From a virus, in the IMG/VR virus record IMGVR_UViG_3300034071_001657: a stretch of DNA of 64,000 nucleotides. One strand, 5' to 3'. Shown here one piece after another: positions 1 to 8,930 of this stretch. The notes below the pieces were generated by a model. The model made no database searches and had not been told where the DNA came from. It saw nothing but the letters and a program-made list of their open reading frames with translations. Both the position numbers and the translations under genes were made by a program. Numbering within the stretch: position 1 is the stretch's first letter; each line of letters starts with the position of its first letter.

Positions 1-750
1 GAATGATAAATCAATAAAACGATCTTCGAGTTCAACCATTCTTGTTGCAACAGTGTAGATTTGAGACTTGAGATCATCATTCCAAATTTCACGATTTTCC
101 TCTATGTAAGTTCTAAACAATTTAATCATTGACTCGGCATGCATTGTTTCATCAACAATTGACCAAGTTACAATCTGACCCATACCCTTCATCTTTCCGT
201 GTCGCGGAAAGTTTAACAACATAATAAATGAACTAAACAATTGCATGCCCTCAGTAAATGCAGAGAATAACGCTATATTCTTCGCAACAGATGCAGTGTT
301 TACAAGCCCATTAGACCCATTCATAATATAATCATGTTTGTCTCGCATTTCTTGATATTCAAGAAACTGATTATATGTTGTCTCAGGTAAACCCAGTGTC
401 TCAATCAAATGACTGTACGCGGCAATGTGCAATGCTTCTCTGGCTGCAAAGCCAGACAACATCATACGAATTTCAGGCTGAGGAAAATGAGGTAAGTAAT
501 TACGGACGTAACCGCCAGCAACGTCAATATCTCCCTGCGTAAAAAATCTAAAAATATTGATAAGAAATTCTTTTTCATTTTGAGTAAGTTTGTTTTTCCA
601 ATCTTTAACGTCTTCAATCATTGGCACTTCGGTATGTAGCCAATGGCTCTGTTCGTGTTTAAGCCAAGCTTCATAGGCCCATGGATATGTGAATGGCTTA
701 AAATAATTTCTTTCATCTGTTAATTTGTATTGAGTTTTCTTAGCTGACAT
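1..750 (-). CDS. nrdB: Ribonucleotide reductase class Ia beta subunit (3' end runs off the window; not in ORF track)
   Basis: Manual translation from ATG at 750: MSAKKTQYKLTDERNYFKPFTYPWAY...FRFFTQGDIDV...EALHIAAYSHLIE (ExxH iron ligands plus radical Tyr). Confidence 0.93.
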   Translation of the reverse strand, partial: MSAKKTQYKLTDERNYFKPFTYPWAYEAWLKHEQSHWLHTEVPMIEDVKDWKNKLTQNEKEFLINIFRFFTQGDIDVAGGYVRNYLPHFPQPEIRMMLSGFAAREALHIAAYSHLIETLGLPETTYNQFLEYQEMRDKHDYIMNGSNGLVNTASVAKNIALFSAFTEGMQLFSSFIMLLNFPRHGKMKGMGQIVTWSIVDETMHAESMIKLFRTYIEENREIWNDDLKSQIYTVATRMVELEDRFIDLSF

Positions 751-1016
751 TTAATTTCCTCTGATGTAACTATTTCTATTCTTTTTTTAAGAAAGATTTT
801 ATTTAGTTCTTGTAGTAAACCATCAAGTGTTTTCGACTGTACAATGAATTCTTCTTTTGGTTCAGTGTGCCACGCATAGTATAAACCTTTTATTTCTTCA
901 AGAAAAATTTTAACACTTTCTGGCTTCTGTTCCACTTCTTCAACTTCCTCATCACGTGATGCAAGTATTCTGTTTGTCATCAACATAATAATGATAGTCA
1001 TAATGAATTCTAACAT
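720..1016 (-). CDS. Hypothetical protein with hydrophobic N-terminus
   Basis: 98 aa ORF in operon, GAGG SD upstream, overlaps nrdB start. Confidence 0.6.
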   Translation of the reverse strand: MLEFIMTIIIMLMTNRILASRDEEVEEVEQKPESVKIFLEEIKGLYYAWHTEPKEEFIVQSKTLDGLLQELNKIFLKKRIEIVTSEEIKCQLRKLNTN

Positions 1017-1025
1017 AAAAGCCTC

Positions 1026-1457
1026 TTAACACCAACTTTGTTTAGCGTCACCGAAATATTCTCTGGCAAAGCCGTTCTGAATCAGTAAGGCACGGAGACT
1101 TTGACCATTCAGTAAGATATCACCCAATACACGACCACCGAATTTATCCCATCCGTAAAGTACGACCTGTCTCTGCTGACTTTGATTGATAGCCTTCTTG
1201 GTGAACTCTGTGGCTGCCAATCCACGTTGTTTTTCTGATTCGCATTTGGCGAGGTGATTCTTTTCTGGAGTATCGACGCCGAAGACTCTAACTGCCAATT
1301 CTGGTTTAAGAGGCGCAGGTAGAAAAGGAGCAGAAATGACAACGGTATCGCCATCATTGACTCGAATAATCTGAGCGTCATAAATTACACCTTGTGGTGT
1401 TTTTTGCGCCCAGACTATAGCTGGAATTAGAAGCAAAGCAAAAATAAGTTTTTTCAT
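1026..1457 (-). CDS. Thermonuclease (SNase-like) with signal peptide
   Basis: DGDT, VRVFGVDTPE and DKFGGRVLG motifs; MKKLIFALLLIPAIVWA signal peptide; AAGGA SD before ATG at 1457. Confidence 0.88.
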   Translation of the reverse strand: MKKLIFALLLIPAIVWAQKTPQGVIYDAQIIRVNDGDTVVISAPFLPAPLKPELAVRVFGVDTPEKNHLAKCESEKQRGLAATEFTKKAINQSQQRQVVLYGWDKFGGRVLGDILLNGQSLRALLIQNGFAREYFGDAKQSWC

Positions 1458-1467
1458 ATTGATTTCC

Positions 1468-2103
1468 TTAACTGTAATTGAAATTATTTGTAGCACCTAG
1501 ATGCCATTTAGGATTTGTTTCTACCCTATAAATCTTTGTGCAGACTTTGAAATCTGGAAATTTCAAAGGTTCTGGATTCGATGCTGCATCTAAAAAGATT
1601 GTTCTATTGTTAGGTTGCGCAGCGAACTGTCCATTGTCTAACATAATGAAATTGAATGACTTATGATCTTCAGGCCACTCAGAATATGTAGTGTCAATAA
1701 CATTTGAATCTGCGGAATAATTATCGACGGTAAATAGATATTCTCCACTGTACCAATTCTTGTCTTTACCATAAAACTTAGCAGTCAAGTTCGCAAGAAA
1801 AGATTTCTTGACTACTGTTATATCATGACTAAAGCAATCCCAAATCTGAAGAGTGTCTAGAGGAAGAAAGTCATCTTGAATTAAATTCTCATCTCTAGAA
1901 ACATATGCATGCAACGGAAGCTTATCATACAATGCGCCATAGTTAGGTAGATATGATTCAATACGAAATGCTTGGCCTCGAATAGATTTTATTGAAACCC
2001 AAATGCAAGGTTCATACTCGCCAAAACCTTTTTCAAAATCGTACAGAAATTCTTTTCTAATGAAGCAATGTAGTGGTGGCAAGTTTGCTATTAGTTGTGC
2101 CAT
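1468..2103 (-). CDS. Conserved phage hypothetical protein
   Basis: 211 aa ORF starting 3 nt after the nrdA stop. Confidence 0.7.
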   Translation of the reverse strand: MAQLIANLPPLHCFIRKEFLYDFEKGFGEYEPCIWVSIKSIRGQAFRIESYLPNYGALYDKLPLHAYVSRDENLIQDDFLPLDTLQIWDCFSHDITVVKKSFLANLTAKFYGKDKNWYSGEYLFTVDNYSADSNVIDTTYSEWPEDHKSFNFIMLDNGQFAAQPNNRTIFLDAASNPEPLKFPDFKVCTKIYRVETNPKWHLGATNNFNYS

Positions 2104-2106
2104 TTA

Positions 2107-3900
2107 TTACCCCTCACACGCTAGACATTCTTCACCTTGCGCCAATGCTTTTAGATCGATCTCTTGAATTGCCTGCCGCTCAATTTTCTTTGCCACTTTA
2201 TCTGCTTTGGCTAGTTTCTCACTTCGACAGTAGTACAATGTTTTAAGTCCACTCTTCCAAGCTTGAAAATGAACTGCATGCAAGTATTTAATATTCGCAT
2301 CAGGCCTGAAAAATAGATTTAATGATTGTGCTTGATCGATGTATTGTTGTCTATCTGAGGCATGTTGAACTATCCATCTCTGATCAATTTCCATAGATGT
2401 TTTGAACACATCTTTTGTCCAATCATCCATCCAATCTAGGTGTTGCACTGAGCCATCATTGGCAATGATGCTGCTCCAGACTTCATCGTACCATCCATCG
2501 GGATGCGATTGAGATTCTTTTTTGATGATCTCGTCGAGATATCTGTTTTTATTTAAGAATGCTCCACTTAAAGTATCTTGCCTATATGCGTTTGCCCGAT
2601 AAGGTTCAATGCTGGGGCTAGTATTTCCCATGAGAATACTGCTTGAGGCATTTGGAGCGATAGCCATAACATGGGCAAAGCGACGCCCAGTGCCAGCGCA
2701 ATCAGGGGCTTCGCCGCGCTCTTTACCCAATTGCAAATTTGCGTCATGTAGTTTTTCCTTAATAGTTTTAAAAATGGATAGATTTCTTCCTACTGCCATG
2801 GCTGATTCCCATGGAAGGTTTTTCTTTTGTAGATATGCATGAAAACCGAGTGCGCCAACACCAATAGACCGTTCCATGCTAGCAGAATATTTTGCTCGTG
2901 ATATGCTATCAGGAGCATTATCAATGAAATACTGTAGAACGTTATCAAGCATCTCTGCAATGTCCCGAAAAAAGGTTGGGTGATCTTTCCAAGCATCATA
3001 ATACTCCAAGTTAACTGAGGATAGACAACACACTGCGGTTCTATCTTTGTCTGTGGGAAGAATAATTTCACTGCAAAGATTACTCTGCTTAATGCTTAGG
3101 CCTTTCTGCTTTTGAAACTCGGGCATATTATTATTGCTAGTGTCAATGAAATGAATGTAAGGCTCGCCAGTCAACATTCGAGTTTCAATAATCTTTTGCC
3201 AAAGTTCTCTAGCAGAGACCGTGTCACGAATTTCACCATTGTGTGGATCACGCAAATGCCAATCATCGCTTGCATTTGGATCCAACATAGAGTTTTCAAT
3301 AATCTTCATGAAGTCATCTGTGATATTAATTCCGTGATGAAGATTAAGTGCCCTCATGTTCGGGTCGCCTGTTGGTTTCCGCATTTCAAGGAAGAGATGA
3401 ATATCAGGGTGGGAAACATTAAGATATGCAGCATAAGAACCACGGCGAGTGCGACCTTGACGATAAGCCAGCGAGGAGGCATCGTAAGTGCGCAGGTGAG
3501 GCATAATGCCAACAGACTTATCATCAGCAGAACGAATGCCAAGACCGATTCCAATTCCGCCTCCTAACATTGAAAGCCAATTTACCTCTGAAAGACAGTC
3601 CACCAAACCTTCTGCACTATCGTGTAAGTATGGTAGAAAACATGAAATAGGCAGGCCACGACTACTACGCCCAAAAGACAAAATGGGAGTAGAATAGCTG
3701 AGCCAATGCTTACTACTGTACTCATATAACATCTGAGCGTGTTCCGGCGAGGAAGAGAATGCTTTTGAGACATACGCAAACCTTTCTTGTGGTGAATTTT
3801 CTTCTTCTTTCATATAGGATTCTTTTAACCTACGAAGTCCTAATTCATCAAAAAGAGAATCCCTAGAGTAGTCTACCTCTATTCCATGTACTGTGTTCAT
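2107..3900 (-). CDS. nrdA: Ribonucleotide reductase class I alpha subunit, no ATP cone
   Basis: ISCFL, SNLCSEI, AIAPNASSS, KTLYY and C-terminal CLACEG; probable start MNTVHG at 3900. Confidence 0.95.
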   Translation of the reverse strand: MNTVHGIEVDYSRDSLFDELGLRRLKESYMKEEENSPQERFAYVSKAFSSSPEHAQMLYEYSSKHWLSYSTPILSFGRSSRGLPISCFLPYLHDSAEGLVDCLSEVNWLSMLGGGIGIGLGIRSADDKSVGIMPHLRTYDASSLAYRQGRTRRGSYAAYLNVSHPDIHLFLEMRKPTGDPNMRALNLHHGINITDDFMKIIENSMLDPNASDDWHLRDPHNGEIRDTVSARELWQKIIETRMLTGEPYIHFIDTSNNNMPEFQKQKGLSIKQSNLCSEIILPTDKDRTAVCCLSSVNLEYYDAWKDHPTFFRDIAEMLDNVLQYFIDNAPDSISRAKYSASMERSIGVGALGFHAYLQKKNLPWESAMAVGRNLSIFKTIKEKLHDANLQLGKERGEAPDCAGTGRRFAHVMAIAPNASSSILMGNTSPSIEPYRANAYRQDTLSGAFLNKNRYLDEIIKKESQSHPDGWYDEVWSSIIANDGSVQHLDWMDDWTKDVFKTSMEIDQRWIVQHASDRQQYIDQAQSLNLFFRPDANIKYLHAVHFQAWKSGLKTLYYCRSEKLAKADKVAKKIERQAIQEIDLKALAQGEECLACEG

Positions 3901-3902
3901 AG

Positions 3903-4598
3903 TTATTCCGATGCAAATTCTTGTGCTAGTGGGAAACAAAATGATATCACCTTTGCACACTCTTTTGCAATATCAATGTGTTCTTTTTGTGTACCATTTC
4001 CAGACCTGAGTTCTATATAGTGAACCCATGATCTCAATGTTCCGTTTACGTATAGTTTTGAAACAGTATTTCCTTCTGGTAAGACTGCTCTTGCTACTTC
4101 TTTTGCAATACCTTTGCTGATTGCCCACTCGTATGCATTCTTTGCTTCTGTGATCACACGCTGTTGCATCATTTCCCACTGATAGGCAATCTGACGATCC
4201 ATATCATTTTTCAAATCGATATCTATACTATTTTGTCTATTTTTGGTATCTTGATATCGTGCTTCTCGTAGTACGAAAGCCAATTCTTTGGTGGGGTCGG
4301 CGTATCTCTGGCTAAATTCCTGGAAGCTAAAACTTCGATGGCGCAAAATCTGTCTAGCAATATCTCTGGTAGTTTCAATTTCGATACAGGCGGAGGCCAT
4401 TTCGAGGGGGCTCCAGTGCTTGTGTTTGACAAGATATCGGATGAGTTTTTCTGATGTCTCTGAATTGAATTGATTGGATGGATTGGAGACACGGGCGCAA
4501 TATGCAATGAGTTCTTGAACGTCATATAGTCCCTCCTTGATCAACTCGTTTGATGGTTTCTGATAACTAATTAATTTAACTTTCAATCTTCGCTCCAT
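3903..4598 (-). CDS. thyX: Flavin-dependent thymidylate synthase
   Basis: RHRSFSFQEFSQRY ThyX motif, HWSPLE, EVARAVLP; true start may be TTG at 4586. Confidence 0.95.
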   Translation of the reverse strand: MERRLKVKLISYQKPSNELIKEGLYDVQELIAYCARVSNPSNQFNSETSEKLIRYLVKHKHWSPLEMASACIEIETTRDIARQILRHRSFSFQEFSQRYADPTKELAFVLREARYQDTKNRQNSIDIDLKNDMDRQIAYQWEMMQQRVITEAKNAYEWAISKGIAKEVARAVLPEGNTVSKLYVNGTLRSWVHYIELRSGNGTQKEHIDIAKECAKVISFCFPLAQEFASE

Positions 4599-4843
4599 TT
4601 CTCAGTTTGTTCGAATCGTTTTTCTTGAATTGTTTTTTCACCAAATGTGTGCCTAGGATTAGCACACATTACGCATTTAGGATTGCCGCAGTTTAAAACA
4701 TGGTGTTTCGCAAATCTATGAGGCTGTTCCGTATATTTTTTATCTACACCGTACTGCTTTGCAATCTTTACCTGTTTTTTAATTGCGTTTTCTTCTTGCT
4801 GAAGTCTACGTGAGTGCTTTTCTTTGGTAAGTTCATCGCTCAT
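4583..4843 (-). CDS. Hypothetical protein with a CGNPKCVMC Zn-binding-like motif
   Basis: ORF coupled between primase and thyX; Cys/His cluster. Confidence 0.65.
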   Translation of the reverse strand: MSDELTKEKHSRRLQQEENAIKKQVKIAKQYGVDKKYTEQPHRFAKHHVLNCGNPKCVMCANPRHTFGEKTIQEKRFEQTEKWSED

Positions 4844-4851
4844 GAAATCTC

Positions 4852-5880
4852 CTAACATCTCCTCCATAAGAGAAGATTCATAATCGCTGTAGGGCCAGAA
4901 AAAGTATTTTTATTTATAGTAGTCAAAATTTCATCTGTGCTTAAATTCTCATGTTGTATCATTTCATTGATATCTTTTGCCATAATTGTTTCAGGCCAAA
5001 TGCAAATGCTAAAGCCTTGCTTGATTGATGATTCCATCTCTCTTACAATCTCTTTATTTCTAGGCTCATTGTCATATACTAAAACAAGATTATCTTTTGA
5101 CAAATGTTCACCAACAGACTTTAGATTAGAGTTACCAACCGCGACTGAATTCGGCAAGAACAAACTATCTATTGGACCTTCGGTCACATAAATTGTCTGA
5201 TCTTTGTCTACAGTATTCATACCAAAAATCATCGGAGAATCTTTTTTAATTCGTATTGTCACATAACGAATTTTTTCATCGCCCAATGCTCTACCAGAAA
5301 GACCAACAAGTTCATTGTTTTCATCGAAAAAAGGAATCACAAGCCTTGATTCATTCGTGACTATCTTCTCGTCATATCCTTCTGCAAATTTTTTAAACTT
5401 TGAGATATCATCTACATATCTCAAATCAGAGTATCGATCTTTCGGAATTTTTCTGTATGTAAGATAACGAATTACCTCATGATCTTCATTCAGTTTATCA
5501 AGAGGTGTCAATAAATTGTTGAAAGCATTGTCTTCTTTATTGCTTTTAAAACTAACTGGAGTAAAAACAAAGCCATGGCTTTTGTGCGCCTTAAATCCTG
5601 TTTCACCACTAGCGTATCTCTCTAGGCAATACTCTTTGTATAGATTTGAATCTATGACTCGAATCAGTGAACCGAGAGACATGCTGGCTTGGCAATTGTG
5701 ACAGCGGTAGAATAGGCCACCCTTTTTGCCAAACAAATAACCGCGTGCTTTATTTTTATTCTTCTGACTGTCGCCACAGATCGGACAGCGGAAATTGTAT
5801 GTATACGAATCCTTTCTGGTGAACTTGTCAAGCCTGCCAGAAAGGATTCCAATATATTTTTGATCGATCCACATACTCAT
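4852..5880 (-). CDS. gp61: DNA primase (T4 gp61-like)
   Basis: N-terminal FRCPICGDS...CHNC zinc finger; TOPRIM VTEGPIDSLF and YDNEPRN. Confidence 0.96.
   Translation of the reverse strand: MSMWIDQKYIGILSGRLDKFTRKDSYTYNFRCPICGDSQKNKNKARGYLFGKKGGLFYRCHNCQASMSLGSLIRVIDSNLYKEYCLERYASGETGFKAHKSHGFVFTPVSFKSNKEDNAFNNLLTPLDKLNEDHEVIRYLTYRKIPKDRYSDLRYVDDISKFKKFAEGYDEKIVTNESRLVIPFFDENNELVGLSGRALGDEKIRYVTIRIKKDSPMIFGMNTVDKDQTIYVTEGPIDSLFLPNSVAVGNSNLKSVGEHLSKDNLVLVYDNEPRNKEIVREMESSIKQGFSICIWPETIMAKDINEMIQHENLSTDEILTTINKNTFSGPTAIMNLLLWRRC
4911..4918 (-). promoter_or_regulatory. Possible T4-type late promoter inside the 3' end of primase
   Basis: TATAAATA on the minus strand upstream of the thyX/nrd genes. 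Confidence 0.35.
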
Positions 5881-5907
5881 AATGACTCCATGTGCAATAG
5901 ACGTTAC

Positions 5908-5936
5908 ATTCTATCACATGAAGAATCGAAAATCAA
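5908..5936 (-). promoter_or_regulatory. Sigma70-type promoter for primase
   Basis: TTGATT-17 nt-TAGAAT with TG extension. Confidence 0.6.
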
Positions 5937-6373
5937 ATGAATTTTGAAACTATGAATCCTACAATAGCTCCACCGCCCATCATCATCCATTTCCATCTTT
6001 CTATAGTGGTCACCCTTTGATTCATTTCGGAATGATAGTTCGTGGTGCAATTTTTTATTTCTTTCATTTCTAACATAATGTCATTATGTAGATGAGAAAT
6101 TTCTTTACGAAAATCATCCTTTATAGTGTCTACTTCACGGCGGCGCTCTTCGACCTTAGCAAATAACAATTCAATCATAGAATTTAATTGTTTATCTGCC
6201 TCTTCTTGTTTTTCCAGTTTATTTTCGTGAACAGCAAGCATTCTGGTGAGATTCGAAGAAACCTCACCAAGCTTTTCAATAGTAACATCGAGCCGCGTGA
6301 ACAGCCCATTTAACTGGTGCATGTCACGCTTCAATATCTCAACGTCGGTTCTTAGATTCGAATCTTCTATCAT
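5933..6373 (-). CDS. Coiled-coil protein with C-terminal membrane anchor
   Basis: Heptad-rich body; C-terminal WMMMGGGAIVGFIVSKFI. Confidence 0.7.
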   Translation of the reverse strand: MIEDSNLRTDVEILKRDMHQLNGLFTRLDVTIEKLGEVSSNLTRMLAVHENKLEKQEEADKQLNSMIELLFAKVEERRREVDTIKDDFRKEISHLHNDIMLEMKEIKNCTTNYHSEMNQRVTTIERWKWMMMGGGAIVGFIVSKFI

Positions 6374-6374
6374 A

Positions 6375-6590
6375 TTATTTTTTTTCTGGAACCTTAGTGC
6401 CTTCTAGTTTTTGATGGACTTTGATTTCTTTACATTCCTGGACAGGTTTACCGTCTTTGTCTAAAACTTTCTTGCCGTCATTTGTAACTTTGTCCACGCA
6501 AACTTTTTTCGTTTCTGCTGCAAATGAAATATTATGATAACTCAAAATTGGAATTAAACCAATGATTGCTGCGGTAATGATTAGTTTCAT
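6375..6590 (-). CDS. Small exported protein
   Basis: Signal peptide; two Cys; Lys-rich. Confidence 0.6.
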   Translation of the reverse strand: MKLIITAAIIGLIPILSYHNISFAAETKKVCVDKVTNDGKKVLDKDGKPVQECKEIKVHQKLEGTKVPEKK

Positions 6591-6599
6591 TTTTATTCC

Positions 6600-6836
6600 T
6601 TATTTTAGTAATGGTTGTGCTGGTGGTGGCGCTTTAGGGGCAAATTTTTCTGATGCTGTAAATCCTAATCCCGCAACTACAATATACATCATTGAATCAA
6701 ATAGCGCGGGAGTAACTTTATATCCAAAGATATCGGCTATAAATCCAAACGCACATAAAACAAATGCCAAAAAAGTTATAACTCTTTTACTGCTAATGCT
6801 TTCATTATGCCCATCTTGAAATATAGATTTCAACAT
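6600..6836 (-). CDS. Two-TM membrane protein, holin candidate
   Basis: SSKRVITFLAFVL two-TM pattern; downstream of endolysin. Confidence 0.55.
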   Translation of the reverse strand: MLKSIFQDGHNESISSKRVITFLAFVLCAFGFIADIFGYKVTPALFDSMMYIVVAGLGFTASEKFAPKAPPPAQPLLK

Positions 6837-6837
6837 A

Positions 6838-7317
6838 TTAAAGCTCCGGCTGAGGTGCTGGTGGTGGCGCTAGTTTACCACCAAATCCTGGGGCTGGCGC
6901 AGGCATTTGAAACGATTGCACAGACTGCGGTGCTGGACCGAATCCGAGTACAGGTTCAGTGCGTTCAGCTTTTTTTGGCTCTGGCGCTGGCTTTTTCGTT
7001 TCTTCCATTGTTGTTTTGAAGGACTCAGTGGCTTGCTTCTGTGCTGCAAGCATAGCTTCTTGTTCTTCTTTCGGTCTACCCGCTAGCATAATACCTGATA
7101 ATGTTCCAGTTAAAAATGTTGCAATCGGAACAATAAGTTCAAAGAATTTTTGATCGATTGGTGACATTGCATTTAATGGTTGTGTTACGAAGATGATTGA
7201 ATACAATACAACGAATACAATACCTGTCAATGTTAATGCAAGACAAACTCCAATAAAGAATTTCAGTCTCGCCATCAATTGATCTTCAGTATATACGAAT
7301 GGAGTGTTATTTTGCAT
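6838..7317 (-). CDS. Two-TM membrane protein with Pro-rich tail (holin/antiholin candidate)
   Basis: Two hydrophobic helices; lysis-cassette context. Confidence 0.55.
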   Translation of the reverse strand: MQNNTPFVYTEDQLMARLKFFIGVCLALTLTGIVFVVLYSIIFVTQPLNAMSPIDQKFFELIVPIATFLTGTLSGIMLAGRPKEEQEAMLAAQKQATESFKTTMEETKKPAPEPKKAERTEPVLGFGPAPQSVQSFQMPAPAPGFGGKLAPPPAPQPEL

Positions 7318-7606
7318 TATTAGCTCCCTGTGGTGCTGGACATGTTTGGCAAATCTGTCCTGTGTTTTGTACTATGGGTTCGTTCCTTGTTGGTGGTGGT
7401 CCTAATCTAGGATCACGTTGACCTTTAAATATGTGTTCGGGGCATGTTCTTGTTACATCACAATGCGGCATCTTACACATTTCTTTATCCCAGTTTTTAG
7501 GGTCCTGGCAAGGATATCTGAAACGATCTCCACCAAATATTGCAAGTGTAAGAGGAAGTAATAATAAAATGAGAAGCCCAAGAAAGAGTTTTCTGTCACT
7601 CACCAT
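7307..7606 (-). CDS. Membrane-anchored Cys-rich protein
   Basis: N-terminal TM, RYPCQDP...C...C...C motif. Confidence 0.6.
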   Translation of the reverse strand: MVSDRKLFLGLLILLLLPLTLAIFGGDRFRYPCQDPKNWDKEMCKMPHCDVTRTCPEHIFKGQRDPRLGPPPTRNEPIVQNTGQICQTCPAPQGANNAK

Positions 7607-8227
7607 TTATACCTCCAGAACGTGTAAAGCATGTTCGTAATGTTTAATACGATCATCTAAACCTATCGTTCCACCATTGATTCTTTTTGTTAATGTAAGA
7701 ATGTCACCAGTATCTGCCCATTGATTGAGTTTGTTGCTCTCCCAAAACCAACAGGCAGATTGCGCAGCACCTTCGAAGGTTGTCAGATACTCTGATGCCT
7801 CTTCAGGAGTTATCTCAAGTGATGCAGCAAACCAAGTATAATTATGTCTGCCAGTAAGTTGAATTAATCCACGTCCACGAAAACGATAACCATCACCCGA
7901 TTCTTCTGGACCGTTACCCATGCGACTTGCATAAATTCTATTTGCTATTGCTTCTTGTTTGTTTGGTCTGCCAGCATAGTCCTGCGCAATAGCGTCATTT
8001 GGAAAATATTTCGGAAATACTTTTCTCAATGATTGCCAACGATAGTTTAGATTCTCAACCAGTGCAGTAAACCCAGCAGACTCATGGGCGCACTGTGCTA
8101 TAAACGCAGCCATTCTTTTAGGCGTGTTTATTTCATAATCAGGAAATAATTGTTCAAGTGCTTTGTGCCAATGAGGCACATAAGGATTCTTAGGCAATAA
8201 TTGTTTTAATTGTTCTTGTGTTATCAT
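7607..8227 (-). CDS. Glycoside hydrolase family 19 (chitinase-like) endolysin
   Basis: AAFIAQCAHES, ENLNY, FRGRGLIQLTG, TKRINGG motifs. Confidence 0.92.
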   Translation of the reverse strand: MITQEQLKQLLPKNPYVPHWHKALEQLFPDYEINTPKRMAAFIAQCAHESAGFTALVENLNYRWQSLRKVFPKYFPNDAIAQDYAGRPNKQEAIANRIYASRMGNGPEESGDGYRFRGRGLIQLTGRHNYTWFAASLEITPEEASEYLTTFEGAAQSACWFWESNKLNQWADTGDILTLTKRINGGTIGLDDRIKHYEHALHVLEV

Positions 8228-8487
8228 TTGACATCCTCAAAAATCTTTTTTTGTACTTTATACCATTCGATCCATGCTTTAGATTTCAATGAGCAGTCAT
8301 GATATAACATATAATTATCAGTCACAGTCTTTGCAATATCACTCAATTTAACTTCTTTTTCCAACTTTTTAAGTTCCGTGCAAGGCTCAAGCAACATATC
8401 TGGTGCAACAGGAAATTTAGGTTTTATTGGTACTGGTGTAGAGCAACCCGCCAACAATAACAGTGTGCATAATAAAACAATTCTCAT
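8224..8487 (-). CDS. Outer-membrane spanin (Rz1-like lipoprotein)
   Basis: Lipobox LLLAGC, Pro-rich segment, between i-spanin and endolysin. Confidence 0.8.
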   Translation of the reverse strand: MRIVLLCTLLLLAGCSTPVPIKPKFPVAPDMLLEPCTELKKLEKEVKLSDIAKTVTDNYMLYHDCSLKSKAWIEWYKVQKKIFEDVK

Positions 8488-8918
8488 TGTATTTTCTCTG
8501 CTGCTTTATTATGTACTTCTACAAACGCAGGAGGTATTTCACATTTATTGTCGAACTTCACAACCTCTCGATCAACATACTGAACTATATCTTTTCCCTT
8601 TTCTTTTATGACTTGTTTTTGTACTACAACTTTTTCAACAATCTTAACTGTCTCAACTGCACCTCTTGCTTCTGCTTCTGCTAACTTCGCTTCAACTTCT
8701 TTTACTTTTGCTTGCCATGCTTCTTCGTTTGCAATTGATCCTGCCATGTAAACACCAATGACAATAAAAATAACCGACACAATTTGTATCGGTGCTTTGT
8801 ACATATACAAAGCAGGAATCGGTATAAATTTAAGTAGATAAGTTACAAGAAATCCTAATATGCCTATTGCAAGTATACCGTAGAATATCCAGTTAGGAAG
8901 CCATTGTAGAATCCACAT
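8484..8918 (-). CDS. Inner-membrane spanin (Rz-like)
   Basis: N-terminal TM helices, coiled coil, C-terminal C-x-IP; 4-nt overlap with the lipoprotein gene. Confidence 0.75.
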   Translation of the reverse strand: MWILQWLPNWIFYGILAIGILGFLVTYLLKFIPIPALYMYKAPIQIVSVIFIVIGVYMAGSIANEEAWQAKVKEVEAKLAEAEARGAVETVKIVEKVVVQKQVIKEKGKDIVQYVDREVVKFDNKCEIPPAFVEVHNKAAEKIQ

Positions 8919-8930
8919 GATTGCTAATCT

